Shown piece by piece: positions 19,163-28,937 of a stretch of DNA of 64,000 bases (positions within the stretch are counted from its first letter, which is position 1; each line of letters starts with the position of its first letter). The notes beneath the pieces are model-generated. The model was not told the DNA's origin, searched no databases, and saw only the letters and a list, made by a program, of their open reading frames with translations. The stretch comes from Desulfobacterales bacterium (GTDB lineage Bacteria > Desulfobacterota > Desulfobacteria > Desulfobacterales > UBA2174): contig CAXXWC010000002.1 of assembly GCA_963668645.2 (NCBI GenBank), positions 64,001 to 128,000 on the forward strand, read 5' to 3'. The position numbers and the translations under genes are program-made.

Positions 19163-21044
19163 CGGCCAGCAGCCCGCGGGCCGCCTCGGCAATGGCGGCG
19201 GCATCCAGGCCGTAGCGGGCGCGCAGGATCCGCTGGGAACCATGCTCGACAAAGGTGTCGGCCACTCCCAGGCGCTTGATTTTCCAGCCGCTCAGTCCCG
19301 CGTCTGCCAGGCATTCAAGAACCGCCGAACCGAACCCCCCCTGGCAGGCATGCTCTTCAACCGTAACGATGCGCGGAATCCGGGCCGCCAGCTCCAGGAT
19401 CAAGCGGCTGTCCAGGGGCTTGACAAAACGTGCATCCACGATGGTGGCTCCGATCCCGTCGGCTGCGAGCTGTTCGCCGGCCAACAGGGCCTCGCTCAAG
19501 GGCCGGCCGATGGCCAGGATGAGTACATCCGCGCCGCCGTCGCGGCGAATGGCGGCTTTGCCCAAGGCAAGAGGTGCGATGGGATCGTCCAGAGCGCATC
19601 CGGTGGCCGCGCCCCGGGGGTAGCGAAGGGCGATGGGGCCGTCGTGGTCCAGGGCGGTACGCAGCATTCGGCGCAGCTCGTTTTCGTCGCTGGGAGCCAT
19701 CACGGCCATGTTGGGGATATTGCGCAGATAGGCGAAATCGAAGAGTCCCTGATGGGTGGGACCGTCCTCGCCCACGATCCCGCCCCGGTCGATGGCAAAG
19801 ACCACCGGCAGGGCGTCGAGGCATACATCGTGCACGATCTGGTCGTAGGCCCGCTGCAAAAAGGTGGAATAGATCGCCACCACCGGCCGGAACCCTTCGG
19901 TGGCCAGACCGGCGGCAAAGGTCACCCCGTGGGGTTCGGCGATGCCGACATCGAAAAACCGTTTGGGAAAGCGGCGGGCGAACTCGGCCAGACCGGTACC
20001 TTCGGGCATTGCGGCGGTCACGGCGATCACCCGCTGATCCGCGGTGCCGAACTCGATCATCGTCTGGCCGAAGACTTCGGTATAGCTCGGCACCTTGCGT
20101 CTGGAAAGCGGACAGGCACCCGTTTCTATTTCGAAGGCTCCGCAGCCGTGGAAATATACCGGATTTTTTTCCGCCGGCGGGTAGCCGCGTCCCTTGATGG
20201 TGGTCACATGCAGCAGGACCGGTTCCTGGATGTGGCGGATGTTTTCCAGGATGTCGATCAAATGTTCGAGGTTGTGGCCTTTGATCGGGCCGAAATAATC
20301 GAAGTTGTAGGCCTCGAAGAGCATCCCGGGGGTGACGAAGGTCTTGAAGGATTCCTCGCTGCGCTTGGCCAGGTCGTAGATGTCGGTGCCGATCCCGGGC
20401 AGTGCTTTGAGAAACGATCCGAAGTCCTTGCGCCATTCCTGGAGGCGCTTGGCGGAGAGCTTGCGGCTGAGAAACGAGGAAAGGGCCCCCACATTGGGCG
20501 AAATCGACATGTCGTTGTCGTTGAGGATGACCAGCAGGTTTTCTTTTTCCTTGCGCAGGTCACCGGCCTGATTGAGCCCTTCGAAAGCCAGTCCTGCGGT
20601 CATCGATCCGTCGCCGATCACGGCGATGGTCTTGCGCCCGTCGCCCTTGAGGCGCTTGGCGCAGGCGACGCCCAACCCGGCGCTGATGGAGGTCGAGCTG
20701 TGGCCCGTGGAAAAAGCGTCGTAGGGGCTCTCGCCGCGCCGGGTGAATCCCGAAATGCCGCCGTCCTGGCGCAAGGTTTCGAACCGCCTGCGCCGTCCGG
20801 TGAGCAGCTTGTGGGCATACGCCTGATGGCCCACGTCCCAGATCACCTTGTCCAGGGGCGTGTCAAAGACATAGTGGATGGCGATGGCCAGCTCGACGGC
20901 GCCCAGGCTCGGTGCCAGATGGCCGCCGTTGTGCGAAACGACCTTAACGATCTGTTGGCGGATTTCCTCGGCCAGAAGCGGCAGTTCGTTGCGCGCCAGT
21001 TTTTTGAGATCCGCTGGTGAATCGATTTGCGCCAGAAGACTCAA
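19155..21044 (-). CDS. dxs: 1-deoxy-D-xylulose-5-phosphate synthase
   Basis: GGHLAPSLG, WDVGHQAYAHK, GHSSTSIS, GDGSMTAG, YSTFLQRAYDQ. Confidence 0.98.
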   Translation of the reverse strand: MSLLAQIDSPADLKKLARNELPLLAEEIRQQIVKVVSHNGGHLAPSLGAVELAIAIHYVFDTPLDKVIWDVGHQAYAHKLLTGRRRRFETLRQDGGISGFTRRGESPYDAFSTGHSSTSISAGLGVACAKRLKGDGRKTIAVIGDGSMTAGLAFEGLNQAGDLRKEKENLLVILNDNDMSISPNVGALSSFLSRKLSAKRLQEWRKDFGSFLKALPGIGTDIYDLAKRSEESFKTFVTPGMLFEAYNFDYFGPIKGHNLEHLIDILENIRHIQEPVLLHVTTIKGRGYPPAEKNPVYFHGCGAFEIETGACPLSRRKVPSYTEVFGQTMIEFGTADQRVIAVTAAMPEGTGLAEFARRFPKRFFDVGIAEPHGVTFAAGLATEGFRPVVAIYSTFLQRAYDQIVHDVCLDALPVVFAIDRGGIVGEDGPTHQGLFDFAYLRNIPNMAVMAPSDENELRRMLRTALDHDGPIALRYPRGAATGCALDDPIAPLALGKAAIRRDGGADVLILAIGRPLSEALLAGEQLAADGIGATIVDARFVKPLDSRLILELAARIPRIVTVEEHACQGGFGSAVLECLADAGLSGWKIKRLGVADTFVEHGSQRILRARYGLDAAAIAEAARGLLADG

Positions 21045-21065
21045 TCTTCTCCTCCCCGATTGCGA

Positions 21066-21980
21066 CTATCGGTTGCGCTCGATGACGTAGCGGGCGATGG
21101 CCCGCAACGGTTTTGCCCTGTTATCAAATATTTCTATGGCTTGCAAGGCTTGAGCCACCAGCCCCCTGGCCATCTCGCGCGCGCTTTCCAGACCCAGCAG
21201 GGCAGGGTAGGTAAGCTTGCCGCGGGCCGCATCGGTACCCACGGCCTTGCCCATCAAAACCGGATCGCCGGTCACGTTGAGAATGTCGTCGGCCACCTGA
21301 AAGGCCAGCCCCAGACAGGCGGCGTATCGATCCAGGTGGTCCAGGTCGCCGGGCGAGGCTCCGGCCAGGCGCGCTCCGATGCTCACCGCGGCCCGGATAA
21401 TGGCGCCGGTCTTGAGCCGGTGCATCGCCTCGAGGCCCTCCAGGCTGGGCGGCGCCTTTTCGGCTTGCATGTCGCGCATCTGGCCTTCGATCATGCCGCC
21501 ATGGCCGGCCGCTGCGGCCAGTTCGAAAACGATCTGGCGCCATACCTCGGCTTCCACTCCGCGGACCGCTTCAGGACGGCTCAAGATCTCGAATGCCAGG
21601 GTCAACAGGGCGTCTCCGGCCAAAATCGCCGTGGCCTCGTCAAAGGCCACGTGGCAGGTGGGCCGGCCGCGCCGGGTGCAGTCATCGTCCATAGCGGGCA
21701 GATCGTCGTGGATCAGTGAATAGGTATGCACCATTTCCAGGGCGCATGCTGCGGCGGTGAGCGCCTCGTCAGGGGCGCTGCCGACCGCTTGGGCCGCGGC
21801 TCTGCACAGGATCGGCCGCAGGCGCTTGCCGCCGCCCAATAAAGAGTGGGCCATGGCTTCGACGATCCGCGCTTTAGGCTGCGGGGTTTGCAGGTAATTT
21901 TCCAAGGCCCCATCGATCCGGGCCGCCGAATCGGCCAGATATTGCTTGAGATCGAACGGCTCAGGACTCTTCAAGGTCAT
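21066..21980 (-). CDS. ispA: Farnesyl/geranylgeranyl diphosphate synthase
   Basis: GGKRLRP, SLIHDDLPAMDDD..RRG, FQVADDIL; xseB-ispA-dxs synteny. Confidence 0.95.
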   Translation of the reverse strand: MTLKSPEPFDLKQYLADSAARIDGALENYLQTPQPKARIVEAMAHSLLGGGKRLRPILCRAAAQAVGSAPDEALTAAACALEMVHTYSLIHDDLPAMDDDCTRRGRPTCHVAFDEATAILAGDALLTLAFEILSRPEAVRGVEAEVWRQIVFELAAAAGHGGMIEGQMRDMQAEKAPPSLEGLEAMHRLKTGAIIRAAVSIGARLAGASPGDLDHLDRYAACLGLAFQVADDILNVTGDPVLMGKAVGTDAARGKLTYPALLGLESAREMARGLVAQALQAIEIFDNRAKPLRAIARYVIERNR

Positions 21981-22206
21981 CCTCGGGAGGTTGCATCGGT
22001 TTTTCGGTCAGCTGTCCGTCCTTGTCCATCATCAGAACACCGATCCTTTTTTCGGTCTCGTCCAGCTTTTGGCTGCAAAACCGCGCCAGACGCATCCCTT
22101 CCTCGAATTTACGGATCGCCGCCTCGAGCGGCGGATCGCCGTTTTCCAGTTCGGCCACGATCCGTTCGAGCCGTTCCATGGCGGATTCGAAATTCTGTTG
22201 GGCCAT
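21961..22206 (-). CDS. xseB: Exodeoxyribonuclease VII small subunit
   Basis: FESAMERLERIVAELE..LEAAIRKFEEG. Confidence 0.93.
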   Translation of the reverse strand: MAQQNFESAMERLERIVAELENGDPPLEAAIRKFEEGMRLARFCSQKLDETEKRIGVLMMDKDGQLTEKPMQPPEDDLEES

Positions 22207-22275
22207 GCCGTATTCCCCGTTAATTGGATTGGGAGCGTTAAAAAAATCAAGATCTTTGGAATCGTTGATGCGGCG

Positions 22276-23637
22276 CTAGATCACGCGCACCTTCAGCCGT
22301 CCCCGGGCCAGGAGGATCTCCAAGGTCTGATCAGGAGCCGCCTCGCCGGCCTGCCGCACCACCCGATGATCCGGCAGGGTGCGGGTGATGCTGTAGCCGC
22401 GCTCCAAGACCGCCAAAGGGCTAAGGGCCGTCAAACGCGCGGACAGGGGCCCAAGGTGCTGGCGCCGCATCGCGAGCCACAAGCGCTGAGCCGCCCAAAG
22501 CCGGTCCAGGCAGCCTCCCAGCTTCTGCCGCGCCCCTTCAAGCCGGCGCTGCGGATGAGTCGCGTTCAGCCGGGCGCCGAGCCATTGCAGGCGGCTGTGA
22601 TTCTTGTCCATACGCTTTGCGACAGCTCGCCGCAAGCGGGCCTCCAATTCGTCGATGCGCAGACGGGCATCGTCGATGCGCCGCCGCTGTACCGCCAGAT
22701 GGGCGGCAACAGTATTGATGCGGGCCCGGCGCAGGGCCGCATAGTTTCTCCACCAGGTCTCCAGCACCCGGGTCAGACGCGCCAGCCTGGCGGCCAGCTC
22801 GATCCGGTCCGGGACGATCATTTCAGCGGCCGCGGACGGGGTCGGCGCCCGCAGGTCGGCCACCAGGTCGGCGATGGTCAGGTCGGTTTCATGCCCCACG
22901 GCTGAAACCACCGGCAACTGCGACGCCGCGATGGCCCGGGCCACCGGTTCGCTATTAAAGGCCTGCAGGTCTTCAAGGCTGCCGCCGCCGCGCGCCAGGA
23001 TGATCAGGTCGGCGCTGGCGTCCTGATTGGCCGATTCGATGGCCTGCACCAGGTCCGAAACCGCCGCGGCCCCCTGGACCGCAGCCGGTACCAGCTGAAT
23101 GGCCAGGCAGGGAAAACGCCGCCAGGCGACTTTGCAGATATCGCGCCATACGGCGCCGCTCAAGGAAGTGATGACGCTGATCTTGCGCGGCAGCGGCGGC
23201 AGCGGCCGTTTTCTTGACGCCGCAAAAAGGCCTTCGGCGGACAGGCGGGCCTTGAGCGCTTCGAAGGCCTGTTGCAAGGCGCCGGCGCCGGAAGGTTCGA
23301 GGTATTCAAAAATCACCTGGTAGGTGCCGCGCGGTGCGTAGACCCCGATGCGGCCCAGTCCCATGACCTGGTCGCCGTCGCCGGGGGAAAATTTGAGGGC
23401 CCTGAGCTGGGGGCGGAACAATACAGCTCCGATCTGGGCACCGGCATCTTTAAGGGTAAAGTAGGCATGGCCTGAAGCGGCGATCTTGAAATTGGATATC
23501 TCACCGGCAATCCAGATAAAATCAAGAGAATCTTCAAGTATGAATTTTATTTTTTGGGTCAGGTCCGAAACCGTTAAAATCTGTCGCGCCTCGGGCTTCG
23601 AATTCACAGGAAAGATGGTGTTGCGATTGCTGACCAT
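22276..23637 (-). CDS. xseA: Exodeoxyribonuclease VII large subunit
   Basis: GEISNF..SGHAYFTLKD, ARGGGSLEDL, SAVGHETD, LERGYSI. Confidence 0.96.
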   Translation of the reverse strand: MVSNRNTIFPVNSKPEARQILTVSDLTQKIKFILEDSLDFIWIAGEISNFKIAASGHAYFTLKDAGAQIGAVLFRPQLRALKFSPGDGDQVMGLGRIGVYAPRGTYQVIFEYLEPSGAGALQQAFEALKARLSAEGLFAASRKRPLPPLPRKISVITSLSGAVWRDICKVAWRRFPCLAIQLVPAAVQGAAAVSDLVQAIESANQDASADLIILARGGGSLEDLQAFNSEPVARAIAASQLPVVSAVGHETDLTIADLVADLRAPTPSAAAEMIVPDRIELAARLARLTRVLETWWRNYAALRRARINTVAAHLAVQRRRIDDARLRIDELEARLRRAVAKRMDKNHSRLQWLGARLNATHPQRRLEGARQKLGGCLDRLWAAQRLWLAMRRQHLGPLSARLTALSPLAVLERGYSITRTLPDHRVVRQAGEAAPDQTLEILLARGRLKVRVI

Positions 23638-23724
23638 GAGATCGGGCCCTTAACGACCTTGACGGCATGCTGCGACCGGTGGCCGGCCTGGCGCTGGAAA
23701 GGTCCTCTCCTGGAGTCGGCTTGA

Positions 23725-23752
23725 ATGTCGCATAAGATATATTATGTAAACT
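23725..23752 (+). other. dif site (XerCD chromosome dimer resolution site)
   Basis: ATGTCGCATAA-GATATA-TTATGTAAACT matches the 11-6-11 layout of E. coli dif (GGTGCGCATAA-TGTATA-TTATGTTAAAT); intergenic; single copy seen. Confidence 0.85.
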
Positions 23753-24043
23753 TTATCGGTCAGCTTCGGATTCGCCGGGCATCCCGTGCTTTTTCAGCAG
23801 GTCCCTCACCGCCGGCACCATGAAGACCGCTTCGCTGTCCAAAGCGGCCAGGGCCTCGGCCAGAAGCTCTATCTTTTCGCGCATGGGGCAGTGTTTGTCC
23901 ATGATAAAATAGATTCTTCCACGAATCCTGCACATACCGCTGCGGGCGCGGACCCCGGTGGCCTTGAAGCTGTGTTCGACCACCGTCACGCCGAGCCGTT
24001 CGGCGGCATTTTTGAGTTCCTCGTATAGGTGAAGGGCTTTCAT
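23753..24043 (-). CDS. Small hypothetical protein
   Basis: 96-aa ORF (LKNAAERLGVTV..SGMCRIRG..FMVPAVRDLL); its stop abuts dif. Confidence 0.65.
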   Translation of the reverse strand: MKALHLYEELKNAAERLGVTVVEHSFKATGVRARSGMCRIRGRIYFIMDKHCPMREKIELLAEALAALDSEAVFMVPAVRDLLKKHGMPGESEADR

Positions 24044-24137
24044 GTTGAAATTGCACAACCCTGTGTTATATTTGGGCCGTCACTTTTGAGAGGTAGATTT
24101 AAATGCGTTCAACCCAACTCGGCTCATAGGAGGCACA

Positions 24138-24848
24138 ATGCGCAACTCGGCACCTTTTCTGTCAACGACCCAAGCCCAAGTCCAGGTCAACGCGTTCGTG
24201 CGCGGGGTTTACAACTGGATGGCCATCGGTCTGGGCCTGACGGCGCTGACGGCCTTTTTTGTCGCGGGCAGCGAAACTTTGCTGCGTTTGATCTTCGGTA
24301 ACCCCGTCGTCTTTTTCGGGCTGATCATCGGCGAACTGGCCCTGGTCTGGTCCCTGGCCGCCCGGGTGCATCGCATGCAGGCCGGTACGGCCACCAACCT
24401 TTTTATTCTTTACGCGGTGCTTAACGGGGCGACCTTGTCGGTGATTTTCCTCCGTTACACCATGTCTTCCATCGCCTCAACCTTCGTGGTCTGCGCGGCC
24501 ACTTTCCTGGCCATGAGCATCTACGGTTGGACCACTAAAAAAGATCTGACCTCATGGGGCAGCTTCCTTTTCATGGGGCTGATCGGCATCATCATCGCCT
24601 CGCTGGTCAACATTTTCGTTCGAAGCAGCGCCATGGCGATGATCATCAGCTACGTCGGAGTGCTGATCTTCGTGGGGCTGACCGCCTATGACACCCAGAA
24701 AATCAAGGCCATGGCAATGGCCCAGCCGGCCGGCCTCGACGCCGCTGTGATCCGCAAGGGGTCGATCCTCGGGGCTCTGACCCTCTACCTGGACTTCGTC
24801 AACCTCTTTTTGATGCTGATCCACATCTTGGGCGGCAGCCGCGACTAA
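24138..24848 (+). CDS. Bax inhibitor-1/YccA family membrane protein
   Basis: VYNWMAIGL, TKKDLT, AYDTQKIK, GALTLYLDFVNLFL. Confidence 0.93.
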   Translation: MRNSAPFLSTTQAQVQVNAFVRGVYNWMAIGLGLTALTAFFVAGSETLLRLIFGNPVVFFGLIIGELALVWSLAARVHRMQAGTATNLFILYAVLNGATLSVIFLRYTMSSIASTFVVCAATFLAMSIYGWTTKKDLTSWGSFLFMGLIGIIIASLVNIFVRSSAMAMIISYVGVLIFVGLTAYDTQKIKAMAMAQPAGLDAAVIRKGSILGALTLYLDFVNLFLMLIHILGGSRD

Positions 24849-24873
24849 AACCAACTTGTTGTTACAACTCCTG

Positions 24874-24912
24874 TTTACGATCCCCGGCGCCCTTCGGTCC
24901 GGGGATCGTAAA
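24874..24912. terminator. Bidirectional terminator hairpin between convergent genes
   Basis: Perfect 14-bp stem TTTACGATCCCCGG/CCGGGGATCGTAAA. Confidence 0.75.
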
Positions 24913-24914
24913 TT

Positions 24915-26270
24915 TTAACCGACCGCCTGGCGCACCGCATCGGCAATGCGCCGACACATCGCCGCGGTTTTTCCGGGGTGCGGCCCTTCCACCATGACCC
25001 GGCAGACCGGCTGGGTGCCTGAGTAACGGACCAGCACCCTTCCCTGCCCTTCGAGTTCCTTTTCCACCGCCGCAATCTGCCTCATCACCGCATCCAACTC
25101 TTCCAGGGGCGGTTTGGTTTTCACGTCAACGGTCATCAGAACCTGGGGACGGACGGTCATGACCCGGGCCAGTTCGGACAGCGGCTTGCCGCTGGAGGCC
25201 ACCACGCCCATCAATCGGAGCCCGGAAAGGATCCCGTCGCCCGTGGTGTGCAAACCCCGCAGGATGATATGTCCCGAATCCTCGCCGCCCAGCACGGCGC
25301 CGGTGCGCTGCATGACCTCCATGACCCGGCGGTCGCCCACATCACTGGTATGATGGACGATGCCGAGACCTCGCAGCGCCAGGCCCAGTCCCAGGTTGCT
25401 CATCACTGTCGTCACCACGCTGCGCGGAACGAGCGTTTTGCGCCGATCCATGTCCCGGGCCAGGATCGCGATGCTCTGATCCCCGGTGAGCACCTGCCCG
25501 GTTTCATCCACCGCCACCACCCGGTCGGCGTCCCCGTCAAAGGCCAAACCGGCGTGGGCCCCGATCTGTACCACCTTGCGGGCCAGGTCCCGGGGATGTT
25601 CCGAACCGCAGCCGGCATTGATGTTGCGCCCGTCAGGATGGGCCGCCATCACTGTCACCCTGGCCCCCAGGTCGGCGAAAACCAGCGGTGCTAAGCGGCT
25701 TGCGGCGCCGTTGGCGCAGTCGAGAACCAGATCGAGACCTTCCAACATTCCTGCGGCCCTGCCGGCCTCGACCAGAAAACGGCGGTAGGCCTCCAGCGGA
25801 TCCTGGAGCGGGAGGGACATTGCGGCCGGTTCGCTGGGCCGCGCCGGCGGTCCGGTACTGCCGTCAAGGAGATGGTTTTCGATCTCGTTTTCCAGCCGAT
25901 CGTCGATTTTCATTCCTGCAGCGTCAAAAATCTTGATCCCATTGTCCTCGTACGGATTGTGGGAAGCCGAAATCATGATCCCCAGGGGCGCACCGGTGCT
26001 CGCCACCAGATGCGCCACGGCGGGCGTGGGCAACACCCCCACGCGAACAGCACCCATCCCGGCCGCTAGAATTCCGGCGGCTGCGGCCTGGGCCAGCATA
26101 TCCCCTGAAATGCGCGTATCTTGTCCGATGACCGCCGGTGCAGCGGCATCCGCGGCCCTGCTTCCCATCACCTCAGCCGCGGCGCGGCCGACGCGCAAGG
26201 CGGTTTCGGCATCCATCGGATATCGGTTAGCCAGCCCTCGAATGCCGTCGGTTCCGAATAAACGTCCCAT
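24915..26270 (-). CDS. glmM: Phosphoglucosamine mutase
   Basis: LFGTDGIRG, ISASHNP..DNGIK, AFDGDADR, VRYSGT. Confidence 0.95.
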   Translation of the reverse strand: MGRLFGTDGIRGLANRYPMDAETALRVGRAAAEVMGSRAADAAAPAVIGQDTRISGDMLAQAAAAGILAAGMGAVRVGVLPTPAVAHLVASTGAPLGIMISASHNPYEDNGIKIFDAAGMKIDDRLENEIENHLLDGSTGPPARPSEPAAMSLPLQDPLEAYRRFLVEAGRAAGMLEGLDLVLDCANGAASRLAPLVFADLGARVTVMAAHPDGRNINAGCGSEHPRDLARKVVQIGAHAGLAFDGDADRVVAVDETGQVLTGDQSIAILARDMDRRKTLVPRSVVTTVMSNLGLGLALRGLGIVHHTSDVGDRRVMEVMQRTGAVLGGEDSGHIILRGLHTTGDGILSGLRLMGVVASSGKPLSELARVMTVRPQVLMTVDVKTKPPLEELDAVMRQIAAVEKELEGQGRVLVRYSGTQPVCRVMVEGPHPGKTAAMCRRIADAVRQAVG

Positions 26271-26294
26271 CGCAACTCCTGAAAATCGATTCTA

Positions 26295-27530
26295 TCAATC
26301 ACCGTCCAAGGGCGCCCGCGGTGCCCCGGAGACGGAAACCTGGGCCATGGCCTTTTGCACCGTCCGATCCACGATCCGCTGCAGCCAGGTCCGGCCCGCG
26401 CTGCGGGTCTCCTCGGGCAAGGTGCGGATGGTCCGGAGATACTCGCCGGCACAGCCATCGCTTGCGGCTGCCAATGCTTCCAAAAACCGGTTCTTGTCCC
26501 CATCTTCGCAAGGCGGTTCGACCCGCAAACCGGTCAGGGTCTGCACCAATGCCGGCCAGCCCCGCTCATAGGCCGGATCAGGGCCCGTTTCGTCCGGTGC
26601 GGGGAGGATTTTCGTGCCGAGCTGCTCCAGGCGCCGGATCCGTTCGTCCAGGGCCAGATCGAGGGTTTCCATCAGGGCCTGCCATACGGGCATCGGCAGG
26701 CGCGGTCCGATGAAGTCGCCGCGCACCTGCCGGTACCAGTCCCTCAAGGCCAGCAGGTTGCCGATATAGGTCAAGTTGTTGATCAGGATCCGGCGCAGGC
26801 CCTTATACGCCCCCGGCCGGTAGGCGATGTTTCCCTGATGACCTGGGCCGCCCACCAGCAGTCTGCCGCAGCGCAGTTCGTCCTTGCGGATCAGTGTGCC
26901 TGCCGCGGCCACGGTGCCGAACCCCAGGCGGCAGGGGCCCACCATCCCCCCCTGGCCACCGAGAAATATGGCTGGCCGGTCAAGCATGACACCCGCCGGA
27001 ACGTCGCCGATCAGCGAGGGGGTGGCCTTGTCCTGGTGGGGCGTGAAATTAAAATGGATATAACTGCTGCCCACCTCGCTGTGATTGTCGGGGCCTGTGC
27101 CGCCGGCCATGAGGCAGTCGCAAAAATTGATCAGGCTGCCGAGCGTCACGAAGGGGAACAAGATCGTCTGCTTGAGTCCCACCGCGTGGGCCGTGCGCGC
27201 GCCTTCTTCCAGGATGGTTCCTTCGCGCACGTGGGCGTTGGCGCCGAGGCTGGCTCCGGCCAGCAGGACGGCCCCGTGACAGTATCCGGAACAGACCGCG
27301 GCTCCGGGTCCGAGAGCACTTTGCGAAACAGTTGCCGGCCCCTCGGTTCCGATGCGCGCACCGGCGCCGATATAGGTCCGGTCTCCGATAAGGCGGGTTC
27401 CAGGATACAGAATGGTCCCCGGTCCTTGGATGCGATCAGGATTCACCCGAGGATCGATCCAGACCTGGGCCGGATCCGGAATCTCCACCCCTTGGTGGGT
27501 GAGCCGGTTCAAGTCGAAGGCGGGTTTCAT
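26295..27530 (-). CDS. GlmU-like left-handed beta-helix protein lacking the uridyltransferase domain
   Basis: Hexapeptide-like repeats; GVEIPDP..WID start resembles the GlmU linker; directly upstream of glmM. Confidence 0.7.
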   Translation of the reverse strand: MKPAFDLNRLTHQGVEIPDPAQVWIDPRVNPDRIQGPGTILYPGTRLIGDRTYIGAGARIGTEGPATVSQSALGPGAAVCSGYCHGAVLLAGASLGANAHVREGTILEEGARTAHAVGLKQTILFPFVTLGSLINFCDCLMAGGTGPDNHSEVGSSYIHFNFTPHQDKATPSLIGDVPAGVMLDRPAIFLGGQGGMVGPCRLGFGTVAAAGTLIRKDELRCGRLLVGGPGHQGNIAYRPGAYKGLRRILINNLTYIGNLLALRDWYRQVRGDFIGPRLPMPVWQALMETLDLALDERIRRLEQLGTKILPAPDETGPDPAYERGWPALVQTLTGLRVEPPCEDGDKNRFLEALAAASDGCAGEYLRTIRTLPEETRSAGRTWLQRIVDRTVQKAMAQVSVSGAPRAPLDGD

Positions 27531-27560
27531 AGATTGATGACCTGTAAGTAGGGGGTGCGT

Positions 27561-28937
27561 TTAATCCGGCACCAAGTCGTAAAAATAGAGCATGGCGTCC
27601 GAGCGGGTCACAATGCCGATGATCCTGCCGTTGTCCACCACCGGCAGCCGCCCCACATCGTGCTTGACCATGACCCGGGCAGCCTCCAGGGGGCTGGCGC
27701 CCGGTGCGATGGTCTGAACCCGGGGGCTCATGAACGCCTTGACCGGAGCGTCGTACTGCGAATCGCGTTTGAGTTTGCGAAAATCGCGCCTCGAGATCAC
27801 CCCCACCAGGGTTTCGCCGTCCACCACCGGCAGGCCGGTGCAGCCCTTTTCTTTCAGGATATTGGCAACCTCGCGCATGGGGCAGTCCAGCGCAACGGTG
27901 TGAACCGGAAAGGACATCATGTCGCTCACCTGCACCGATGCGCGCTGGTTGCCCCGGATCAACTCGAGAATCATCTCCTCTACCACTTCGGGGTTGACAT
28001 CGTGCAGGACAGCGGATCCGGCTCCCGGATGGCCGCCGCCGCCCAGAGCCTGCATGATGCGCCCGACGCTCAGTCCGTCGACATGACTGCGGCCGATCAC
28101 CATGCACCGGTCGGCGTCCGGGCTGGTAAAGATGCCGAAGGCCGCATCCACGTTGATCAGTTCACGGTACATGCGCACCACCACGGCCAAGCCGTCCACA
28201 TGCCCGCCCACATCCTGGCGGTTGACGCTCACCGTGTAGCCGGCCACCCGGGTGCGCCGGGCGCTTTTGATCATCTCGAAGAGGATGTTCTTCTGTTTTT
28301 CTCCGTAAGCCGGGCGCAGAAAAGAGCCGAGAACGTTCAGGTCGGCGCGCCGCTCCATCAGCCAAGCGGCGGCATAGGCGTCCTCTGGCCGGGTCGAGGG
28401 AAAGGTCAGATGGCCGGTGTCCTCGTGCAGGCCGATGAGAAACAGGGTGGCTTGAATGGGGGTGATCAGTTGGCGCCGGACACGCAGTTCCTGGACAAGC
28501 AGGGTGATGGCGGCACCGGTTTCGGCCTGGTAGGCCTCGCCGGCGGCGATGTTGCCCCCGTTGCCATGGTGATCCCATAGGATGATGTCCAGGCCGCTGC
28601 GCTTTTTCAGCCGTCCAAGCCCTTCGAGCCGCTCCCAGCGGTTGGTGTCCACCACTACCAGGCGGCCGACCTTCTCAAGATCAATATCCTTGGCCAGCCG
28701 GTAGCCGAACATATCCTTGTGGATCGACAAAAAGGCGCGCACGTTGGGGTTGAGGCTGCGGGGCAGCACGGCCAGCGTCCCGGGGTAAAGCAAGGTGGCG
28801 GCCATCACCGATGCCAGGGCGTCAAAGTCGGTATTGCGATGGGTGGCGACAATCTGCAGTGAATCGGCGCTCTCCTTCGCGTTTCCTGCCGGACCGGCAT
28901 CCTGGATGCCGCCGTTGAAATGATCTGTAGGTATCAT
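27561..28937 (-). CDS. DHH/DHHA1 phosphoesterase + CBS-pair protein
   Basis: THRNTDFDA, VVVDT, WDHH, HEDTG, GGGGHPGA and two CBS domains. Confidence 0.88.
   Translation of the reverse strand: MIPTDHFNGGIQDAGPAGNAKESADSLQIVATHRNTDFDALASVMAATLLYPGTLAVLPRSLNPNVRAFLSIHKDMFGYRLAKDIDLEKVGRLVVVDTNRWERLEGLGRLKKRSGLDIILWDHHGNGGNIAAGEAYQAETGAAITLLVQELRVRRQLITPIQATLFLIGLHEDTGHLTFPSTRPEDAYAAAWLMERRADLNVLGSFLRPAYGEKQKNILFEMIKSARRTRVAGYTVSVNRQDVGGHVDGLAVVVRMYRELINVDAAFGIFTSPDADRCMVIGRSHVDGLSVGRIMQALGGGGHPGAGSAVLHDVNPEVVEEMILELIRGNQRASVQVSDMMSFPVHTVALDCPMREVANILKEKGCTGLPVVDGETLVGVISRRDFRKLKRDSQYDAPVKAFMSPRVQTIAPGASPLEAARVMVKHDVGRLPVVDNGRIIGIVTRSDAMLYFYDLVPD

Noticed and set aside
18933..21020. Long antisense ORFs (695 aa here; also 30144-32120, 54927-56498, 16819-18291)
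   Set aside because: Shadow frames of well-supported genes on the opposite strand in high-GC DNA, with no motifs
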